A DNA stretch of 36,657 bases from Bordetella parapertussis (GCA_945877995.1 CAMDXD010000001.1:1-36657), one strand, 5' to 3'. Counted from the stretch's first letter, positions 8,456 through 17,319 are shown. Notes: generated from the sequence alone by a model not told the origin. Made by a program: numbers and translations.

Positions 8456-10516
8456 ATGATCGAGCGCACCGATGGCCCGTTGACCGGCCTGGTGGTCGTG
8501 GAACGCGCCGGCAGGCTGTCGGTCAGTGCCTGCGGCTTCCTGCTTGCCAGCCTGGGGGCCCGGGTGATGCGGGTCGAGCAGGCTGCCGACGCGGCTGCGG
8601 TCGCATCGGCGTCGCCCGCCCTCGAGCGACTGTTGATCGGGGGCAAGACCCGGGTCGAGGCCAGCGGGTTCCGCTGGTCGGAGGCGCTTTCGATCGCACG
8701 CGTCGTCCTGCTCTCGGCCGAAGATTCGGATCCCCTGCCGGGCATGCTGCGCGCAACCATCGACCGCCTGAATGATCCAGCCGCCCCGCCGTCGGCCACC
8801 GGCGGCCACGCCCCCGCTTCGGTCGTCTGCTGTATTTCCGCACAAGGTCTGGGGCACCCGGACCTTCCCGAATCGGCCACCGACGCCCTGGTGCAAGCTC
8901 TGGGGGGGCTGATGGCGGTGACCGGCAAACCCGAGGGCGCGCCGGAGTTTGCACGCGTGCCGATCGGAGAACTGAGCGCAGCGGTGATCGCCAGCATCTC
9001 GGTCGTGGCGTCGCTGCTTTCACCGCAGTCGCAGATGATCGACCTGAGCCTGGTCGAGATCGTTGCCGACCAGCTCAGGTCGCATGTATCGCTGCTGCAG
9101 AACGGGCAAGCCAGCGGGTTCCGCTCCGGCTGTGGCCATCCACTGTGCTGCCCGTGGAATGCCTATCGCGCGCTCGATGGCTGGATACTGATCTGTTCGG
9201 CCACCGACGAGCACTGGACCGCGATCGTCGAGTCGATCGGCGAGGGCGCGCTCGCCCGCGATCCACGCTATGCGACGCGTTCGGCGCGCCTTGCGAACCG
9301 GGCTGACGTCGACCGCCTGCTGGAACACCGCACGCAGGGCCGTACCGTCGCGGATCTGCTCGAGACGCTCGGCGCTTCGGGAGTGCCGGTGGGGCCGGTC
9401 GTCCCGATAACGGAGGTTGCCTCGGACCCCGTGCTGCTGGTCAGCGGCAGTGTCGAGCGCTATCGCGCCGAGGCGGTGTCGCGGGTGCCCGTGCGCATCC
9501 GGCCAGCAGGCCTCGACCTGGCAAGGTCGCAGCAGTCCGAACCGGCCTTCGCCGGGCAGCCCGGCGCGCAACGGCATGCGCTCTCGGGTATCCGGGTGGT
9601 TGAGCTGACCGTGTATGCGGCCGGACCCCTGGCCGGGTTCGGGCTCGCCAGCCTCGGTGCAGACGTGACGAAGATCGAATCGCCGGATGGCGAAGCGTGC
9701 AGGCAGTGGCAACCCCAGTTCGACGGTGTGAGCGGCTATTTCGCCAACTACAATGCCGGCAAGCGCTCGCTCTGCCTTGACCTGCGCCACGAGCAGGACC
9801 GCCAGCGACTCTGGGCCCTCCTGGACCAGGCCGACGTGTTCCTGCACAACCTGCGGCCGGGCGCGGTCGAGCGGCTCGGATTCGGCATCGACCCGGTCGT
9901 GCGTCGAAACCCGCGCATCGTGTATTGCGCCATTTCGGGTTACGGCAGCGACGGTCCTTCCTTGCCGGCGCTCGATACCGTGATACAGGGCCATGGCGGG
10001 TTGGCGTCGGCGGTGGGCGACGGGTCGGTGCCGCTTCGCATCGGCTATTCGATCGCCGACCAGCTGACCGGGCACTTCGCGGCCACCGGCATCATCGCGG
10101 CATTGCACGCCGTCGCCCGCACCGGACACGCCCAGCATGTCGACATCGCGATGGCCGATGCCATCGCCTGGCTGACACACCTGGCCTGGGCCGACGCAGA
10201 CGCGTTGCCACCGACCCGCGTGGTGCGCACGAGCGACGGCTGGGTAGTGGCCGCCTCGGCAGACGTGCCCGCAGCGTCGCCCCTGACACGGGCTGCACTC
10301 GTGCAGGCGCTGACAGGGTCGGGCATCACGGCAGTGCCGGTGCTCGAAGCCGGCGAAGTACTCAGGCAGCCGGCACTGACCGCCCGCGGTTCGCTGCAGT
10401 CGGTGCAGGCGCCGCTCGGACATTGCATGATCGACGTATTCGCAGCCCCGTTCGGCATCCCGGTATCGGTACCGACCCGAATGGCCCGGCTCGGAGAAGA
10501 CAATCCAACCGCATGA
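8456..10516 (+). CDS. Tandem fusion of two family-III CoA-transferase domains in one 686-aa polypeptide
   Basis: Start at ATG 8456 (MIERTDGPLTGLVVVE). N-terminal half: LTGLVVVERAGRLSVSACGFLLASLGARVMRVE...ATDALVQALGG. C-terminal half: LSGIRVVELTVYAAGPLAGFGLASLGADVTKIE...ALDTVIQGHGG. Each half repeats the CaiB/BaiF N-terminal signature and the Asp-containing segment. Confidence 0.8.
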   Translation: MIERTDGPLTGLVVVERAGRLSVSACGFLLASLGARVMRVEQAADAAAVASASPALERLLIGGKTRVEASGFRWSEALSIARVVLLSAEDSDPLPGMLRATIDRLNDPAAPPSATGGHAPASVVCCISAQGLGHPDLPESATDALVQALGGLMAVTGKPEGAPEFARVPIGELSAAVIASISVVASLLSPQSQMIDLSLVEIVADQLRSHVSLLQNGQASGFRSGCGHPLCCPWNAYRALDGWILICSATDEHWTAIVESIGEGALARDPRYATRSARLANRADVDRLLEHRTQGRTVADLLETLGASGVPVGPVVPITEVASDPVLLVSGSVERYRAEAVSRVPVRIRPAGLDLARSQQSEPAFAGQPGAQRHALSGIRVVELTVYAAGPLAGFGLASLGADVTKIESPDGEACRQWQPQFDGVSGYFANYNAGKRSLCLDLRHEQDRQRLWALLDQADVFLHNLRPGAVERLGFGIDPVVRRNPRIVYCAISGYGSDGPSLPALDTVIQGHGGLASAVGDGSVPLRIGYSIADQLTGHFAATGIIAALHAVARTGHAQHVDIAMADAIAWLTHLAWADADALPPTRVVRTSDGWVVAASADVPAASPLTRAALVQALTGSGITAVPVLEAGEVLRQPALTARGSLQSVQAPLGHCMIDVFAAPFGIPVSVPTRMARLGEDNPTA

Positions 10517-10529
10517 AAGACCTGGAAAC

Positions 10530-11741
10530 ATGAACGGCAACCTTCCACTCTCCGGCGTGCGTATCGCCGACTTCAGCCGGCTGCTGCCGGGGCCCTTCGC
10601 CACGCAGATGCTGGGCGCACTGGGGGCAGACATCATCAAGGTCGAAGAGCCGGTCACGGGCGACCCCAGCCGCCATAGCTATCCGCGGTACCGCGAGAAC
10701 AGCGTCTATTTCCATGCGGTCAACACGAACAAGCGCAGCATCGAAATGGACCTGCGCAGCGACCAGGGCAAGGAACAGGCGCGCCGGCTGATCGGACACT
10801 GCGACGTCGTGGTCGAGTCGTTCCGGCCGGGGCTGATGCGCAAGCTGGGCCTCGACTACGCCAGCGCGAAGGCGATCAACCCGGGCATCATCTACTGCTC
10901 GATCAGCGGCTTCGGACAGACCGGGCCGCTGTCGCATGTCGCCGGCCATGACCTGGTGATCCAGGCGATGACCGGCCTGATGGGCTGCGCCCCCGACGGA
11001 TCGGCGCCGGTGCCGGGGCTGCAGGCGGCCGACTTCGCCGGCGGTCTCTACGCGGTGATCGGCATCCAGGCGGCGCTCGCCCGCCGCGCCAAGAGCGGCG
11101 AGGGCTGTGAAGTCGATCTGGCGATGTTCGAGACCCTGCTCGACCTGTGCCTCATTCCGCTCAGTTCGGCGTTTTCCAGGGCAGCCGGCGGGTCGGGCGA
11201 GCCGCGGATGGAAGCCTTCGGGGGCAATCCGAGGTACTCGACCTACCGGACGAAGGACGGGCGATACGCCGCAGTGACGCTGCTGGAAACGAAGATATGG
11301 AAGGAGTTCTGCACCGCCATCGGTCGCCTGGACCTCGTGCACGCAGACGAGGCGCCGGCCGATCGCCTGAGCACGCACGGCGAGCGCGGGCTTGCGTACC
11401 GCGCCGCACTGGCGCAGTACTGCGCCTCGTACACATGGGACGAGATCCTGTCGCACATGGAGCGCACCGGCATTGCGATCTGCCCGGTGTGCAGCCCGCA
11501 GGATGCGATGGACCTCGCGCATGTAAGCGCACGCGGATCGATCGACCACTTCGACCATCCACAGGAGGGACGGATACCGCACCTGGTCAGTCCGTTCGCC
11601 ACGGCAGGGCTCGCTCTGCGGCATCCGGTGCCCGCACCCTCGCTCGGACAGCACACCGCGCAGATCCTGCGCGAGCTGGGTTATGGCGAGAGCGAGATCG
11701 CCGCCTCGATCACGAAAGCGAAGAAGGAAGCGCATCAATGA
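10530..11741 (+). CDS. Family III (CaiB/BaiF) CoA-transferase
   Basis: 403 aa. LSGVRIADFSRLLPGPFATQMLGALGADIIKVE and GFGQTGPLSHVAGHDLVIQAMTG. Confidence 0.9.
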   Translation: MNGNLPLSGVRIADFSRLLPGPFATQMLGALGADIIKVEEPVTGDPSRHSYPRYRENSVYFHAVNTNKRSIEMDLRSDQGKEQARRLIGHCDVVVESFRPGLMRKLGLDYASAKAINPGIIYCSISGFGQTGPLSHVAGHDLVIQAMTGLMGCAPDGSAPVPGLQAADFAGGLYAVIGIQAALARRAKSGEGCEVDLAMFETLLDLCLIPLSSAFSRAAGGSGEPRMEAFGGNPRYSTYRTKDGRYAAVTLLETKIWKEFCTAIGRLDLVHADEAPADRLSTHGERGLAYRAALAQYCASYTWDEILSHMERTGIAICPVCSPQDAMDLAHVSARGSIDHFDHPQEGRIPHLVSPFATAGLALRHPVPAPSLGQHTAQILRELGYGESEIAASITKAKKEAHQ

Positions 11742-12532
11742 AGAACTCATCACACCCGGACGACCTGGTGCTCGTGCGCATGCAGGACCATGGCACAGCA
11801 GGTCGCATCGCCTTCGTCACGATCAACAACCCCACCAAGCGCAATGCGCTCGGCATGGCGGGCAAGCGCGCGATCGCGGAAGCGTTCCTGAGTTTGTCCC
11901 TCGACGAAGACCTGCGCGCCGTGGTCCTGACTGGCGCTGGCGAAAAATCCTTCATCGCCGGGGCAGACCTGGCGGAGATGAAGGACCTGACCGTCGACGA
12001 GGCGCGGGAAGAGCACACGCTTACCCACTATGCGTGCGACTCGATCCGGCGTTGCCCGGTGCCTGTCATCGCGCGCATCAACGGCTACTGCTTCGGTGCC
12101 GGAATGGAGCTCGCCGCCTCGTGCGACCTGCGGGCATCGTCCGAGCATGCGAAATTCGGCATGCCGGAGGTACGCGTGGGCCTGCCGTCCGGGATGGAAG
12201 CAGCGCTGCTGCCGGCGCTCCTGGGCTGGGGCAAGGCGGCCGAGCTCGTGCTGACCGGAGACATCTTCGAGGCGAAGGAAATGCACCAGTTCGGCTTCCT
12301 GCAGAAGCTGGTCCCTGCAGGGGAACTCGACGCGGCCATCGAGCAGTGGCTGCAGTCGATACTGGTGAGCGGACCGCGCGCCGTGCGATTGCAGAAATCG
12401 CTGCTGCGCGACTGGGAACGGATGTCCCTGTCCGACAGCATCCGCAGGGGCATCGAAATGTGTGTCGAGGCCCGTCGCACCGATGAGCCGTCCAGGCTGA
12501 TGGCCGCGTTCCTTGCACGCAAGAGAACCTGA
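11738..12532 (+). CDS. Enoyl-CoA hydratase/isomerase family protein
   Basis: ATG 11738 is in an ATGA overlap with the upstream stop. SFIAGADLAEM and NGYCFGAGMELAASCD. Confidence 0.9.
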   Translation: MKNSSHPDDLVLVRMQDHGTAGRIAFVTINNPTKRNALGMAGKRAIAEAFLSLSLDEDLRAVVLTGAGEKSFIAGADLAEMKDLTVDEAREEHTLTHYACDSIRRCPVPVIARINGYCFGAGMELAASCDLRASSEHAKFGMPEVRVGLPSGMEAALLPALLGWGKAAELVLTGDIFEAKEMHQFGFLQKLVPAGELDAAIEQWLQSILVSGPRAVRLQKSLLRDWERMSLSDSIRRGIEMCVEARRTDEPSRLMAAFLARKRT

Positions 12533-12587
12533 TTCGCTGAACGGATCACGGGCCTGGTCTACAGGGCCTGGATCAGAGGAGGAATCG

Positions 12588-13568
12588 ATGAGCAAAGTGT
12601 CATCCGCCGCCACGGCGGGTCTGCTGGTCGTCGCAGGGCTGGTGGCCGACATCGCCAGCGCGCAGACGAGCTATCCGATGAAACCGGTCAGGCTCATCGT
12701 TCCTTTCCCACCGGGTGGAAGCACGGATATCGTCGGCCGCGTCGCTGCGCAGAGCCTCTCTGAACTCTGGGGGCAGCAGGTGACGGTGGACAACCGGGGC
12801 GGCGCAAGCGGCCAGATCGGGGTCGAGCTCGCGGCACAGGCGCCCCCGGACGGCCATACGCTGGTCATCGGACATATCGGTACGTTCGGCGTCAACCCGT
12901 CGCTGTTTCCCAAGCTCCGCTATGACGCCATCAGGGATTTCGCGCCCATTTCCCTGATCGCACGCGTGCCGAACATGCTCGCCGTACATCCCTCGCTGCC
13001 AGTGAAGACGGTCAAACAGTTGGTGGACATGGCCAGGCAGCGCCCGGGGACGCTCAACTACGGCTCCAGCGGCAGCGGCAGCAATCCGTTCCTGTGCGTT
13101 GAGTACTTCAAGATGCTCACGCGCACCGACATCGTCCATGTCGCCTACAAGGGCACCGGACCGATGCTGACCGACCTGATCGCCGGCCATATCTCGCTCA
13201 CCATCAACGGCGTGCCGCCCCTGCTTCCCCACGTCAAGTCGAAGCGGCTCAATGCCATCGCCGTGGCGAGCGACAAACGGCTCAGCCTGTTGCCCGACCT
13301 GCCGACGATCCGGGAATCGGGTGTCCCCGAATACGAGGTGACGCAGTGGTACGGCATGCTCGCGCCCGCCAGCACGCCGCGGGTGCTCGTGAACAGGATC
13401 AACGCGGACATCCAGGCCTTCCTCGCGCGGCCCGACACTTCTGCACGGATGTCGGGTGAAGGTGCGATCCCTTCGGGCAGCAGCCCCGAAGAGTTCGGCG
13501 CACTGATCCGCGCGGAAATCGAGCGCTGGGCCAAGGTCGTCAAGGCCACGGGCGCCAAGCCCGACTAG
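12588..13568 (+). CDS. Bug-family periplasmic substrate-binding protein
   Basis: ATG 12588 after GAGGAGG. Signal peptide then KPVRLIVPFPPGGSTDIVGR, and a C-terminal EFGALIRAEIERWAKVVKATGAKPD typical of the family. Confidence 0.9.
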   Translation: MSKVSSAATAGLLVVAGLVADIASAQTSYPMKPVRLIVPFPPGGSTDIVGRVAAQSLSELWGQQVTVDNRGGASGQIGVELAAQAPPDGHTLVIGHIGTFGVNPSLFPKLRYDAIRDFAPISLIARVPNMLAVHPSLPVKTVKQLVDMARQRPGTLNYGSSGSGSNPFLCVEYFKMLTRTDIVHVAYKGTGPMLTDLIAGHISLTINGVPPLLPHVKSKRLNAIAVASDKRLSLLPDLPTIRESGVPEYEVTQWYGMLAPASTPRVLVNRINADIQAFLARPDTSARMSGEGAIPSGSSPEEFGALIRAEIERWAKVVKATGAKPD

Positions 13569-13593
13569 TCCAACCCAACCGGAGATCAACTCG

Positions 13594-14457
13594 ATGATCG
13601 TCGATTCGCAGGTACACATCTGGGGGGCAGACACGCCCGAGCGACCGTGGCCCGTCCCGCCCGCGGGGCTGAAGGCGGTGCCTGTCCACAACAATGGCAT
13701 CCCGTTCACGCAGGAGCACGTGCTGGGTGAAATGGATGCGGCGGGGGTGGGTCGAGCGATCATCGTGCCGCCTTCGTGGGAGGGTGATCGCAACGACCTG
13801 GCCCTTGCAGCGGCAGCGGCGTATCCGGGCCGGTTCGCGGTGATGGGCCGGCTGGATATCCAGCGCAGCGACGCAAGGTCACAGATCCGGGACTGGCTCA
13901 AGCGGCCCGGCATGCTGGGCTTGCGCTTCGCACTGCACACGCCGCTGCTGGAGCGTCCGTTCGTGTCGGGAGAGCTTGACTGGGTGTGGCGTGAGGCGGA
14001 AGCGGCGGGCGTCCCGGTGATGATCCTGGTGCCCCACCGACTGATGCCGTCGGTAGCCCGGGTCGCCGAGCGACATCCCGGGCTGAAACTGGTGATGGAC
14101 CACCTCGGCCTGGTGCACGGCAAGGATGAAGAGGCCTTTGCCGACATGGGCAAGCTGCTCGAGCTTGCGAAGTATCCCAACGTCGCTGCAAAGGCGTCGA
14201 TCACGCCTTTCTTCACCACCGATGCCTATCCGTTCCGGAATCTGCACGAACCCCTGCGCCGCGTATTCGATGCGTTCGGGCCAAGGCGCATGTTCTGGGG
14301 CTCGGACCTGTCTCGGCTTCCCTGCCCGTACCGCCAGGGCGTGACGATGTTCACCGAAGCGCTACCCTGGCTGAGCGGAGAGGACCTGGACTGGGTCATG
14401 GGGCGTGGCGTGTGCGAATGGCTGGGCTGGCCAGCCGTATCGACAGGAGCACGGTAA
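13594..14457 (+). CDS. Amidohydrolase-2 (TIM-barrel metal-dependent hydrolase, lactonase/decarboxylase-like) family protein
   Basis: 287 aa. The N-terminal MIVDSQVHIW and the later VMDHLG and WGSDL segments resemble the PF04909-type family. Its stop TAA overlaps the next ATG (TAATG). Confidence 0.8.
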   Translation: MIVDSQVHIWGADTPERPWPVPPAGLKAVPVHNNGIPFTQEHVLGEMDAAGVGRAIIVPPSWEGDRNDLALAAAAAYPGRFAVMGRLDIQRSDARSQIRDWLKRPGMLGLRFALHTPLLERPFVSGELDWVWREAEAAGVPVMILVPHRLMPSVARVAERHPGLKLVMDHLGLVHGKDEEAFADMGKLLELAKYPNVAAKASITPFFTTDAYPFRNLHEPLRRVFDAFGPRRMFWGSDLSRLPCPYRQGVTMFTEALPWLSGEDLDWVMGRGVCEWLGWPAVSTGAR

Positions 14458-14999
14458 TGGAAGAGCGCGTTTTCCTGCTCAGTCCCGAGGCGCCGGCGCC
14501 CGATTCGGAAGTGACGGCACCGGCATCGACGCGCCTGCCATCGGAGGGCCTGAGGATCGGCTACCTCGACAACGGCAAGGGCAACGCAGACCACCTGCTG
14601 CGGTTCATCCGCGAATCGCTGCACGGTCGACTCGACGTTTCATCGAGCGTTTCGCGTCGCAAGCAGAGCGTAAGCCTCGCGGCAGGCAACGAGTTGATCG
14701 ACCAGTTCGCGCGGGAGGCCGATCTGGTGATCACCGCGATGGCGGATTGAGGATCGTGCACGTCGTGGAGTGTCCACGACATGTGTGAACTGGCCAAACG
14801 CGGTGTCCCCGGGGTCGTGGTCTGCAGCACACCCTTCGCGAAGCTGGCCGTGGCACAGGCCCGGATCTTCGGCGCACCCGATCTTCCGATGGTGGTCATC
14901 GAGCATCCGCTGGGCGGCCTGGCCGACGCGCAGATCCGCGAGCGCGCGCACCACGCAGTTGGGCAGGTCATGGACCTGATCGAGAGGATGCGGGCATGA
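14457..14999 (+). CDS. UxxC selenoprotein (U-G-S-C motif, Sec98 encoded by in-frame TGA 14748-14750), 180 aa, possibly GrdB/PrdB-like
   Basis: Track ORFs ending at 14750 and starting at 14781 share one frame. The only stop between them is TGA, and the 30 nt after it read GSCTSWSVHD in frame. The downstream piece has no RBS. A SECIS-like hairpin starts 5 nt after the UGA. ATG 14457 and the stop at 14999 both overlap neighbouring genes. Confidence 0.8.
14755..14787 (+). promoter_or_regulatory. Bacterial SECIS-like recoding hairpin
   Basis: Upper stem GUCGUGGA (14762-14769) pairs perfectly with UCCACGAC (14773-14780) around a GUG loop. Below a C61/A81 mismatch the lower stem is A60-U82, C59-G83, G58.U84, U57.G85, G56.U86, C55-G87. 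The apical loop sits 20-22 nt after the UGA. Confidence 0.7.
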
Positions 15000-16108
15000 G
15001 CACCAACCGCACGTTTTCGCGCGGAGCCCACGCAGGGATCGACACAGTCAATGACTACGTGGCCATCAACGACCTCTTCCACGAGCGGGGCTGGACGGAT
15101 GGTTTTCCAATCATCCCGCCGACGGAAAAGCTGGTCGGGCAGATGCTCGCCTATTGCGACAGGCCATGGGATCGCCCGGTAGCGAAGATCCCTCCGCGAT
15201 ATGGCGAAGCTACGCCGGTGCGGCTGGCCACGAACGCCGTGATGGCGGGCTGCCGGCCCGAGTACTTCCCGGTCGTCGTCGCGGCGATCGAGGCACTGTG
15301 CGAAGAGCCGTTCAACCTGTACGGCCTGCAGGCCACGACGCATCCCGTCTCGCCGTTCATCATCGTCAACGGGCCGATCGCGAAGGAACTCGGCATCAAC
15401 AGCGGCTGCGGCGCGCTGGGCTCGGGCTGCCGCAGCAATGCCACGATCGGCAGGGCCGTGCGCCTGTCGCTGGTCAACATCGGCGGCGCGCAACCCGGCA
15501 CGGGCGACATGGCGACGTTCGGCTCGCCGGCGAAGTACAGCTACCTGGCCGCGGAGAACGAGGCCGAGAGCCCGTGGGAGCCGCTCCATGTCGAACGCGG
15601 CTTCCCGCCGGAAGCCTCGACCGTCACGGTAATCGGAGCGGAGTGCCCCCACAACGTCAACGACCACCAGAGCATCACCGGTGCCGGCATCCTGCAGATG
15701 ATCGCAGGCACGATGGCGACGACCGGGAACAACGACGTCTACAATATCGAACCGCATCCTGCGGTCATCATCGGTCCGGAGCATGCGAGGACGATCGCCG
15801 CGGATGGCTATTCCAAGGCGGACGTCAAACGTTATCTGTTCGAGAATGCAACATTGCCGCTGCAACGCTTCTCGCGTGAAAACATCGAACGCCGTTTCCT
15901 GGTGACACACAAGGAGCGCTACGGCGATGCCGGTTCGGCCGTCCCCGTCCCGATGTTCCAGCGTGCGCAAGACCTGCTGGTCGTCGTGATCGGCGGCCCC
16001 GGGAAGCACTCGGCCACGGTGCCCACCTTCGGCGTGACCGTCCCGATCACACGTGCCATCCAGACGGTTGGCGGCGCCTTCGCCACTTCCGTGGAGCAGT
16101 TCAAATGA
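14996..16108 (+). CDS. Protein of unknown function (370 aa), translationally coupled partner of the selenoprotein
   Basis: ATG 14996 is in an ATGA overlap with the selenoprotein stop, and its own stop overlaps the next ATG (16105). I recognise no catalytic family. Notable segments: ERGWTDGFPIIPPT and the Gly/Cys-rich GINSGCGALGSGCRSN. Confidence 0.8.
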   Translation: MSTNRTFSRGAHAGIDTVNDYVAINDLFHERGWTDGFPIIPPTEKLVGQMLAYCDRPWDRPVAKIPPRYGEATPVRLATNAVMAGCRPEYFPVVVAAIEALCEEPFNLYGLQATTHPVSPFIIVNGPIAKELGINSGCGALGSGCRSNATIGRAVRLSLVNIGGAQPGTGDMATFGSPAKYSYLAAENEAESPWEPLHVERGFPPEASTVTVIGAECPHNVNDHQSITGAGILQMIAGTMATTGNNDVYNIEPHPAVIIGPEHARTIAADGYSKADVKRYLFENATLPLQRFSRENIERRFLVTHKERYGDAGSAVPVPMFQRAQDLLVVVIGGPGKHSATVPTFGVTVPITRAIQTVGGAFATSVEQFK

Positions 16109-17319
16109 CCAGCACGCGCAGCCCGCTGCAGGGGATCACCGTCCTCGACCTCGGGCAGATCTACAACGGCCCCTACGCAACCTTCCTGATGGGCATGGCA
16201 GGTGCCCGGGTGATCAAGATCGAGCCGCTCGAGGGCGAGTCGATGCGCCAGAGAACGCTGATCGGCGGCGCTGCGCTACCGTTCGCGATGCTGAATTCGA
16301 ACAAGCAGGCGGTGACGCTGAACCTGAAGACCGCGCGCGGGCGCGAGCTGCTGATCTCGATGGCCCGCCGCGCAGACGTCCTGCTGGAAAATTTCCTGCC
16401 GGGAAAGCTGGACAAGCTCGGCGTCGGCTATGACGTCCTGAGCGAGGCGAATCCCCGGCTCATCGTGGCATCAGGGTCGGGGTATGGCAGCACCGGGCCG
16501 TACCGAGACTACCCAGCGATGGACATCTCGATCCAGGCGATGTCCGGCGCGATGGCGGTGACCGGATTCCCCGACGGGCCGCCGACGAAGATCGGCCCTG
16601 CACTCTGCGATTTCTCCTGCGGTATCCATCTGTATGGTGCGGTCGTGACGGCGCTTTACGAGCGGGAGAAGACCGGGCGCGGGCAGAAGGTGGAAGTGGC
16701 GATGCTCGACGCCATCTATTTTTCCCTGGCATCGAGCCTGGGGCTCTACTTCGCCTCGGGAAATTACGGCGGGCCGGTCGACTTCCCGCAACGTACCGGT
16801 AACACCCATAGCGGAAAGGCCGCCGCGCCCTACAGCGTCTACCCGGCGAAGGATGGCTACATCGCCATCCTGTGCACCAACAACAAGCACTGGGTTTCCC
16901 TTACCAGGGTGATGGGCCGGGAGGAACTCGCAGCCGACCCCCGCTTCGACACGCCAAAGAAGCGGGCGAACCTGAGCCATGAAGTCGACGCCGTCGTGGG
17001 CGCCTACGCGGCACGCTTCCAGCGCGATGAACTGTTCGCCCTCCTGTCGCCGCACCACATCCCCTGTGCCCCGGTGCGGGACCTGGCCGAGGTCACCAAC
17101 GACCCGCACCTGCACCAGCGGGGCATGCTGGAATGGATGGACCATCCGAAGTACGGGCGGATCGCCGCCGCTCGCAGCCCGCTCCGGTTCGAGCACCAAC
17201 CGCCGCCCGAACTCAAGCCCAGCGCCGAGCTCGGGGAGCACAACAGCGAGGTGTATGAGGGATGGCTGGGGCTTTCGAAGGAAGAGGTCGCGGAACTGAA
17301 GCGTGACCGGGTGATCTGA
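16105..17319 (+). CDS. Family III (CaiB/BaiF) CoA-transferase
   Basis: 404 aa. LQGITVLDLGQIYNGPYATFLMGMAGARVIKIE and GYGSTGPYRDYPAMDISIQAMSG. Confidence 0.9.
   Translation: MTSTRSPLQGITVLDLGQIYNGPYATFLMGMAGARVIKIEPLEGESMRQRTLIGGAALPFAMLNSNKQAVTLNLKTARGRELLISMARRADVLLENFLPGKLDKLGVGYDVLSEANPRLIVASGSGYGSTGPYRDYPAMDISIQAMSGAMAVTGFPDGPPTKIGPALCDFSCGIHLYGAVVTALYEREKTGRGQKVEVAMLDAIYFSLASSLGLYFASGNYGGPVDFPQRTGNTHSGKAAAPYSVYPAKDGYIAILCTNNKHWVSLTRVMGREELAADPRFDTPKKRANLSHEVDAVVGAYAARFQRDELFALLSPHHIPCAPVRDLAEVTNDPHLHQRGMLEWMDHPKYGRIAAARSPLRFEHQPPPELKPSAELGEHNSEVYEGWLGLSKEEVAELKRDRVI

Noticed and set aside
6748-8997. A 749-aa minus-strand ORF, plus similar long ORFs at 12600-14219, 9020-10657, 10362-11753, 14561-16009 (all minus) and 1254-2552, 2559-3896, 18156-19433 (all plus)
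   Set aside because: All are antisense to genes with clear family motifs. Their translations are Arg/Ala/Pro/Gly-rich with no motifs. They are the usual high-GC shadow ORFs.
14781-14999. A stand-alone 72-aa gene (MCELAKRGVPGVVV...), as listed in the ORF track
   Set aside because: It has no RBS and is in frame with the upstream ORF. Only a TGA followed by a SECIS-like hairpin separates the two, and the codons between the TGA and this ATG look coding. It is better explained as the C-terminal half of the selenoprotein.
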